From Candidatus Nanohalobium sp. (GTDB taxonomy: Archaea; Nanohalarchaeota; Nanosalinia; Nanosalinales; Nanosalinaceae): 7,762 nucleotides of DNA. How positions within the stretch are numbered: the stretch's first letter is position 1; the number at the start of each line of letters is the position of its first letter. The stretch spans positions 1-7,762 of the forward strand of contig JBDGTY010000045.1 in NCBI GenBank assembly GCA_042216335.1, read 5' to 3'. Position numbers and translations under genes: made by a program. Shown piece by piece: positions 1 to 4,629 of the stretch. The notes under the pieces are model-generated. The model had not been told where the DNA came from. It did not search any database and saw only the letters and a program-made list of their open reading frames with translations.

Positions 1-510
1 GGCCAGAAGATGCGGTGCGAGCTCGCGGCCGCGTTCCTGCATCATCCGAAAATCGTTTATCTGGACGAGCCGACGATCGGCCTGGATGTCGCAGTCAAGG
101 AGCGTATCAGGGATTTCATCAAGAAGATGAACGAGGAGAAGGACATCACCGTGATGCTGACGACTCACGACATCGGCGATATTGAAGACCTCTGTGAGAG
201 AGTTGTCGTGCTGGATGAGGGCGAGAAGATCTACGACGGAGAACTGGATTCTCTTGTTGACCGCTTTACTTCGCGTAGGATGATTCTGGATGTCAGGAAT
301 GGCGAAAACTTTGATCTGGAGCTTGATGGAGTTCAGGAGGTAGAGAGGGAGGACGCGCATATAGAGGTGGTTTTCGACCGTGAAGTGCTTTCCGCCTCGG
401 ATTTGATGCGTGAAGTACTGGAGAACTACGAGGTGCTTGACTTCCAGCTGAAGGAGCCAGACATCGAGTCGGTCGTTAAAAAAGTGTATAATGAGGGTTT
501 GGAGGAGTAA
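1..510 (+). CDS. ABC transporter ATP-binding subunit (ABC-2/exporter type), 5'-truncated by the window edge
   Basis: Frame is open from base 1 (GQKMRCELAAAFLHHPKIVYLDEPTIGLD). It shows the tail of the ABC signature, Walker B (IVYLDE), the D-loop and the H-switch (LTTHD). Walker A lies upstream of the window, so ATG at 10 is internal. Two permeases follow. Confidence 0.95.
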   Translation, partial: GQKMRCELAAAFLHHPKIVYLDEPTIGLDVAVKERIRDFIKKMNEEKDITVMLTTHDIGDIEDLCERVVVLDEGEKIYDGELDSLVDRFTSRRMILDVRNGENFDLELDGVQEVEREDAHIEVVFDREVLSASDLMREVLENYEVLDFQLKEPDIESVVKKVYNEGLEE

Positions 511-513
511 GTT

Positions 514-1302
514 GTGAATCTGCGGAAGTATCTTGAGTTCACTATGATGGGTTTCAGAACCTTCTTTGCGTACAGGCTTAATGCAGTTTCTTCTTTCGCT
601 AATTCACTGATTTTCCTGGTTCTGATGTATGCTCTCTGGAGTGCTATCGCTACTTCAGGCTCTCTGCAGGGAGGGCTGGACAGGGTTCTGGCTTACATCG
701 TGCTTGGTCAGGTCATCTCCAGCGCAGTTTTCATGAATGTTGAGAAGCTTTTGAGTGGTAAGATAAGACAGGGCACGATTGTCAACGAATTAAAACGGCC
801 TATTTCTCTCCGTGCCCAGGTTTATTGTCATATGCTTGGAATAATGCTTTTTAACCTTGTTTTTGTAGGTGTGCCGCTGCTGGTTGCAGGCTTTCTTTTC
901 CTGGGTCTTACTTTTCCCGGATTTGTGACTTTTCTGGCTTTTGCTGTCAGTGTTTTCCTTGCGTATAATATTGTCTATGCTCTGTCTTATCTTACTTCGA
1001 TGTTGATTTTCTGGACGAAGGTAGGATGGAGCATAAGGATGATGCGTACAACGGTTCAGAGGCTTCTTTCTGGCGTTCTTTTCCCTCTATACCTTCTGCC
1101 TCCCGGTCTTGAAGACATGTTTGGTTATCTTCCTTTCCGGTCGATGGTCGATGCACCGATATCAATCTTCATGGGTGGTATGTCCTCCCAGTCTGTCCTT
1201 AGTGTTTTCGCAACACAGTTGTTCTGGATAGCTGTTTTACTAGTATTAGGTGAGTTGATGTGGTTAAAAGCCCGGAAAAAGTTGACCGTGCAGGGCGGTT
1301 AG
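514..1302 (+). CDS. ABC-2 family transporter permease (DUF990/ABC2_membrane_6-like), 262 aa
   Basis: GTG start 3 nt after the ATPase stop, with GGAGG upstream. About six hydrophobic segments, motifs IRQG...LKRP, LSGVLFPL..LP and LPF, and the C-terminal VQGG typical of this family. Confidence 0.9.
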   Translation: MNLRKYLEFTMMGFRTFFAYRLNAVSSFANSLIFLVLMYALWSAIATSGSLQGGLDRVLAYIVLGQVISSAVFMNVEKLLSGKIRQGTIVNELKRPISLRAQVYCHMLGIMLFNLVFVGVPLLVAGFLFLGLTFPGFVTFLAFAVSVFLAYNIVYALSYLTSMLIFWTKVGWSIRMMRTTVQRLLSGVLFPLYLLPPGLEDMFGYLPFRSMVDAPISIFMGGMSSQSVLSVFATQLFWIAVLLVLGELMWLKARKKLTVQGG

Positions 1303-1303
1303 C

Positions 1304-2101
1304 ATGGAATTGAGGAAGCATCTGACAGTTTACTGGATTTACTTCAGGCAGTACTGGAAGACGAGGCTGGTCTACAAAAGCGACTTCATACTCGGATTCA
1401 CGGCTCAGGCCATCAGCCTTGCCACGTCCTTGGTATTTCTGACACTGATATTCTCCCGTGTCGAAACAATCAACGGCTGGACTTTCAACCAGATGCTGTT
1501 CCTCGCAGGCCTCGGAGGATTCATAATGAATCTTCACCATGTCTTCCTATTTAATGTCTACCGCCTCGGAAGAAAGTTCATAGTGAGAGGTAAAATGGAC
1601 AGGCTGCTTGTCCGCCCCCTAAACCCGTTGTTTCAGGTCTACGCCGATGATGTATCTGACAACAACCTCTCCAAGCTTATAGCCAACGCAGCACTCATCC
1701 TGTACGCAGGAAGCCGGATGGCACTCAATCTTGGCGTCATAGACTTCATCTACGCCGCTATGGCAGTAGCAAGTGGGGTCCTTGTCTTTGCAGGAATATT
1801 CCTGATTTTCGCTACTACAGCCTTTTGGACGGGCCGAAGCAGATCCGCAATGTGGCTGGTCTTCCAACTATCAGACTTCAGAAAATACCCTTACAGCATC
1901 TACCAATTGCCAATCCAGATACTACTCATCACGGTAGTGCCGCTAGCATTCGCATCATTCTTCCCAGCCACATTCTTCCTCGATAAATCTGGATGGACTA
2001 CTTGGCAGATAGCATCAGTCATAGTAGGCCCGGTCTTCTACCTCATAGCCTACGGGTTCTGGAAGTTCGGTTTGTCAAGGTATTCGAGTACGGGAAGCTG
2101 A
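1304..2101 (+). CDS. Second ABC-2 family transporter permease (DUF990-like), 265 aa
   Basis: Starts 1 nt after the previous stop. Motifs YKSDF, INGWTF, G.MDRLLVRP, YPYSIY, VPLAFASFFPA and C-terminal YSSTGS, with multiple TM segments. Confidence 0.9.
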   Translation: MELRKHLTVYWIYFRQYWKTRLVYKSDFILGFTAQAISLATSLVFLTLIFSRVETINGWTFNQMLFLAGLGGFIMNLHHVFLFNVYRLGRKFIVRGKMDRLLVRPLNPLFQVYADDVSDNNLSKLIANAALILYAGSRMALNLGVIDFIYAAMAVASGVLVFAGIFLIFATTAFWTGRSRSAMWLVFQLSDFRKYPYSIYQLPIQILLITVVPLAFASFFPATFFLDKSGWTTWQIASVIVGPVFYLIAYGFWKFGLSRYSSTGS

Positions 2102-2134
2102 AACAAGAGAAAGTTAGAAAAGAAAGGAGAACGT
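2102..2134 (-). terminator. Pyrimidine/U-rich archaeal-type terminator region after ppa, in a convergent intergenic space
   Basis: The minus strand reads CTCCTTTCTTTTCTAACTTTCTCTTGTTT just after the ppa stop. Confidence 0.4.
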
Positions 2135-2674
2135 TTACTCGAAGTTCTCCTTGTAAAGCTTCTGAGACTTCTCGATAGCTTCGTGTGCTTCTTCTTTTCC
2201 GCCCCAGCCCTCGATCTCGACTTCCTTCTTGGGCTCGAGGTTCTTATAGGTCGCGAAGAACTCTGCGATCTCCTTTTTCCTGTGCTCGTTGACGTCGTCC
2301 AGGTCTTCTACATAATCCCAGCGTGGATCTTCTTCTGGTACTGCGATGATGTTATCGTCCTGCTCGCCGTCATCGTCCATGTAGAGGATTCCCACCGGTC
2401 GGACCTCCATGACGCATCCAGGGAACGTGCTGTGCGTGGTCAGGACCAGGATGTCCATAGGGTCGCCGTCCTCGTAGTATGCTTGGGGGATGAAACCGTA
2501 GTCGCCTGGATAGTTGATGGAAGCGTAAAGTACTCTGTCGAGTACCGTTGCCTCCTTGTCTTTGTCGTATTCGTATTTGTTCTGTGTTCCTGTTGGGTTT
2601 TCGATTACCGCGTGGATTGTCTCCGGAGCTTTTCCGTCCGGACCTGTCTCAATATCGTGCCACTTGTTAACCAT
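2135..2674 (-). CDS. ppa: Family I soluble inorganic pyrophosphatase, 179 aa
   Basis: Motifs NKYEYDK, LDRVL, YPGDYGFIP, DGDPMDILV (family I signature) and FFATYKNLE. The start ATG abuts the N gap. Confidence 0.97.
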   Translation of the reverse strand: MVNKWHDIETGPDGKAPETIHAVIENPTGTQNKYEYDKDKEATVLDRVLYASINYPGDYGFIPQAYYEDGDPMDILVLTTHSTFPGCVMEVRPVGILYMDDDGEQDDNIIAVPEEDPRWDYVEDLDDVNEHRKKEIAEFFATYKNLEPKKEVEIEGWGGKEEAHEAIEKSQKLYKENFE

Positions 2675-2774
2675 NNNNNNNNNNNNNNNNNNNNNNNNNN
2701 NNNNNNNNNNNNNNNNNNNNNNNNNNNNNNNNNNNNNNNNNNNNNNNNNNNNNNNNNNNNNNNNNNNNNNNNNN
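2675..2774. other. Assembly gap (exactly 100 N, probably a placeholder of unknown true size)
   Basis: Run of 100 N. ORFs translated across it are unreliable. Confidence 0.99.
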
Positions 2775-2928
2775 ACTCCCTGTTCTTCACCGTGGCGGAC
2801 AGCCGGATCATAGATACATCTGTCACGTTCCCGCAGTCGGAGCAGACCACTCGTACCCAGTCCACGTTCGGCCTTTCAACAGGATTCACAAACAGGTCTT
2901 CGCCGCAGTTCTCGCATTCAGGAGCCAT
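2775..2928 (-). CDS. Small zinc-finger/zinc-ribbon protein (CxxCG...CxxCG), 3' end lost in the gap; alternative start at 2946
   Basis: MAPECENCGEDLFVNPVERPNVDWVRVVCSDCGNVTDVSMIRLSATVKNRE... has two CxxCG knuckles, like haloarchaeal C(P)xCG microproteins. It is divergent from tRNA-Val across a TATA-like box. Confidence 0.7.
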
Positions 2929-2961
2929 TATGTTTTCGCCTACCATAAGTGGTTCTCCGAG

Positions 2962-2970
2962 TTATTTAAG
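2962..2970. promoter_or_regulatory. TATA box (TTATTTAAG; CTTAAATAA on minus), likely serving the tRNA pair and possibly the divergent zinc-finger gene
   Basis: The best TATA-like element between the divergent genes, about 35 nt upstream of tRNA-Val nucleotide 1. Confidence 0.55.
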
Positions 2971-3004
2971 CGTAACCAAAAAACCACGTTTTACAGAACG
3001 CAGA

Positions 3005-3152
3005 GGGTTCGTGGTCTAGTTGGTTATGACACCGCCTTGACAGGGACTGGTTACGCTCAGGTCCATACGCAAGAAACCATGCTACGCATGGCTTGCAGCG
3101 GAATCAGCCCACAAATTGGCGGAGATCCCCGGTTCGAATCCGGGCGAACCCA
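3005..3152 (+). tRNA. trnV: tRNA-Val(GAC) with a 74-nt intron at canonical 37/38 (exons 3005-3042 and 3117-3152); CCA not encoded
   Basis: Acceptor GGGTTCG/CGAACCC with discriminator A3152; D-arm GTC..GAC; anticodon stem CCGCC(3032-3036)/GGCGG(3118-3122); loop TT-GAC-A|T; T-arm CCCGG-TTCGAAT-CCGGG. Confidence 0.95.
3043..3116 (+). other. tRNA-Val intron (74 nt) with a relaxed bulge-helix-bulge/loop junction; folds as a long hairpin
   Basis: TTG(3037-3039) pairs with CAA(3112-3114), with an A/A mismatch at the fourth helix position; 3' bulge AT|T. Basal stem GGG-A-CTGGTT/AATCAGCCC. Confidence 0.85.
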
Positions 3153-3330
3153 TCGCCTCCCGAAGCGGAGTGGCCGAAACTCTTTCAGAGTTTCTGGTGA
3201 CACACAAAATCGCAAGATTTTGGAGTCGCACGCTTCAAACCGTGTTCCACACGGCTTTCGGGAAGTTCTGATTCCAAAGTGCGTTCAGCTTGTCTGAATG
3301 CTCTATTGGGTTGGCGTACCGTAAAACGCC
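3153..3330 (+). ncRNA. Highly structured 178-nt inter-tRNA spacer; candidate ncRNA of unknown family
   Basis: Six consecutive hairpins, including a C-GCAA-G tetraloop, and no TATA box before the second tRNA. Confidence 0.35.
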
Positions 3331-3512
3331 GGGAAAGTAGCTCAGTGGTTAGAGTGCTGCGCTCATAACAACCAAGTTGTGAGCGATGAGGGTTGCAGCC
3401 TTTTTCTGGAAAGGCTGCTTGAGAAGACATCGTGTCTTCGTGCCCGATGATTATTTAGGTTCCAGAACCGTGAGGTACGCAGTGGTCCCGGGTTCGAATC
3501 CCGGCTTTCCCA
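3331..3512 (+). tRNA. tRNA with CAT anticodon, most likely tRNA-Ile2(CAU) (elongator Met not excluded), with a 109-nt intron at 37/38 (exons 3331-3367 and 3477-3512); CCA not encoded
   Basis: Acceptor GGGAAAG/CTTTCCC with A3512; D-stem GCTC/GAGT; anticodon stem CTGCG/CGCAG; loop CT-CAT-A|A; T-arm CCGGG-TTCGAAT-CCCGG. The GGG start, G31-C39 pair and TGGTC variable loop resemble archaeal Ile2 rather than initiator Met (A1-U72) or elongator Met (usually starts GCC). Confidence 0.92.
3368..3476 (+). other. Intron of the CAT tRNA (109 nt), BHB-bounded, with internal hairpins and C/D-like boxes
   Basis: CTCA(3362-3365)/TGAG(3471-3474) form a 4-bp central helix with 3-nt bulges TA|A and GT|A. Internal hairpins at 3395-3403/3410-3418 and 3423-3429/3433-3439. 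Confidence 0.88.
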
Positions 3513-3516
3513 ACTC

Positions 3517-3559
3517 TGTTTTTTCTCTGCTTGAATAAAAGAGAAGGAAGTTGAAAGAA
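3517..3559. terminator. Convergent terminator zone: T6 tract after the tRNA (+) and a pyrimidine tract after the microprotein (-)
   Basis: TTTTTT at 3519-3524; the minus strand reads TTCTTTCAACTTCCTTCTCTTTT after the TAA at 3560-3562. Confidence 0.5.
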
Positions 3560-3691
3560 TTAGGCTGTTATTGCCCTCATTTCCGAGATGCAGTTTCTGT
3601 GGCAGTAGCCTTCCATCGTTTTGAGGTGTTCGTCGGCTTTGTGGACTCGGCTGCCGCAGAGAACGCATAGTCCAAGTTTAGTTTTTGCCAT
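3560..3691 (-). CDS. 43-aa zinc-finger microprotein (C-x2-C-x18-H-x2-C), not in the ORF track
   Basis: MAKTKLGLCVLCGSRVHKADEHLKTMEGYCHRNCISEMRAITA*. SD-like GGGGGAGGG (3695-3703) 3 nt before the ATG, TTTAAA box at 3732-3737, and a pyrimidine tract after the stop. Confidence 0.75.
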   Translation of the reverse strand: MAKTKLGLCVLCGSRVHKADEHLKTMEGYCHRNCISEMRAITA

Positions 3692-3788
3692 TTTCCCTCC
3701 CCCTGGAAATTATATGTTCGTTGTGCTGCCGTTTAAAGAAATGTGTGGAGGAGTCCGATACTACCGAGGGGTTAATTCTACATCTTTT

Positions 3789-4217
3789 CTATGCTTCGAC
3801 CATGTTTTCTCCTTTGTCGCGTTTTCTGAGGTATCTGTACTGTATGTCGATGTTTTCGAAGGGAATCACCGGTTTTCTGGCTCGTCCTTCTTTTTCGAAG
3901 TACAGGATGCCCATTCTTTCCAGTAGCTTGAGATCCTGGTCGACTTCTCTGAGTCCTCTGTCCAGTTCCTCGGCTGTCTCGCTTATGCTGGAGGGCCGTT
4001 CCTCTTTGACGAACTCTGTCAGCTCTCTCCTCTTCGGAGTCATCAGCTTTCTGAGATGCTCCGGCCTGATGTTCTTGGTTATGTAGGGTTCATCTTTCTC
4101 CAGGGCGTTCTTCAGCCCTTCCATCGATTCAGCCGCCTCTTCATCTGGCAAACTGGTTATCACAAGGTCCTTGCCCTTCAGTTCTTCTGGTTCCAGCGGC
4201 ATGTCTTCAATCTTCAT
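3789..4217 (-). CDS. HVO_A0114-like winged-HTH DNA-binding protein (putative antitoxin), 142 aa
   Basis: LRKLMTPKRREL...PSSISETAEELDRGLREVDQDLKLLERMGIL...EGRARKPVIPFENIDI matches my recollection of the family pattern. The start is probably ATG 4217 (GAGGTG SD, 11-nt overlap with the upstream gene), not 4271. Confidence 0.8.
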   Translation of the reverse strand: MKIEDMPLEPEELKGKDLVITSLPDEEAAESMEGLKNALEKDEPYITKNIRPEHLRKLMTPKRRELTEFVKEERPSSISETAEELDRGLREVDQDLKLLERMGILYFEKEGRARKPVIPFENIDIQYRYLRKRDKGENMVEA

Positions 4218-4551
4218 GGTGTTCTTCCACCTCTTGTTTGAACTTTTTCCAGAGCTCTTCCATCGCCTCAACCACCTCTTCAGTGTTATCAGGATCTACA
4301 TCCCTGAATGGGTCTTTTATCGGCCGGGTTGAGCTCTCCTTTTCTATGTGTTTGTGGCGTCTGGCTGCGTGTGCATTATTGGCGTTATCGTACCTGAGGA
4401 CTGTCTCGCCGTCTTTACTGTAGTCTGTGGCCTGTATATTGTACTTCAGGTTGTATCTGAACTCGTCGCTATCCTCCAACTTCCACAGAGTCGCTACTAT
4501 GTCGATGTCATCTCCTATGTAGTCTTCTCTCTGCCATATCAGTTCCGCCAA
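4207..4551 (-). CDS. DUF6516/TumE-like protein (putative toxin), 114 aa
   Basis: Motif LKY...GETVLRYDN...H...HKH. TTG start with a strong SD GAGGAGGTG (4558-4566). Overlaps the HTH gene. Confidence 0.78.
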   Translation of the reverse strand: MAELIWQREDYIGDDIDIVATLWKLEDSDEFRYNLKYNIQATDYSKDGETVLRYDNANNAHAARRHKHIEKESSTRPIKDPFRDVDPDNTEEVVEAMEELWKKFKQEVEEHHED

Positions 4552-4566
4552 CTACCACACCTCCTC

Positions 4567-4589
4567 TTTATGGGTCCTATCCATAAATA
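4567..4589 (-). promoter_or_regulatory. TATA box (TATTTAT, 4589-4583) overlapped by inverted repeat TTTATGG-N7-CCATAAA; putative autoregulatory operator
   Basis: Perfect 7-bp arms at 4567-4573 and 4581-4587, directly upstream of the toxin SD. Confidence 0.55.
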
Positions 4590-4629
4590 CTTTTGGTCTG
4601 TTTGAATAATACTTGAAGGTGCCGAGGAT

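Noticed and set aside
2183..3019. ORFs 2183..3019, 2556..2813 and the full 2605..2946 reading through the N run
   Set aside because: Artefacts of translating across a placeholder gap, mostly antisense to or out of frame with ppa. Only the Cys-rich part right of the gap is kept.
3055..3099. Resemblance of TCAGGTCC...GCAGC in the Val intron to SRP RNA helix 8
   Set aside because: No GNRA-capped short stem and no AGCA strand; CAGG can simply pair with CTTG in an alternative fold.
3390..3400. GGGTTGCAGCC as a guide complementary to a 16S rRNA GGCUGCAACCC-like segment
   Set aside because: Not followed by a D-like box, and mostly locked in the 9-bp hairpin 3395-3418.
3153..3476. Hairpin series as a CRISPR array or REP-type repeat
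   Set aside because: The hairpins share no sequence and have no regular repeat-spacer period; no cas genes are present.
3037..3668. ORFs 3037..3297 (+), 3185..3430 (-) and 3363..3668 (-)
   Set aside because: They overlap tRNA genes or lie out of frame with the better-supported 43-aa gene, and show no motifs or acidic composition.
4218..4271. N-terminal extension of the HTH ORF (start at 4271)
   Set aside because: It lies inside the toxin gene in another frame. ATG 4217 has an SD and a short coupling overlap.
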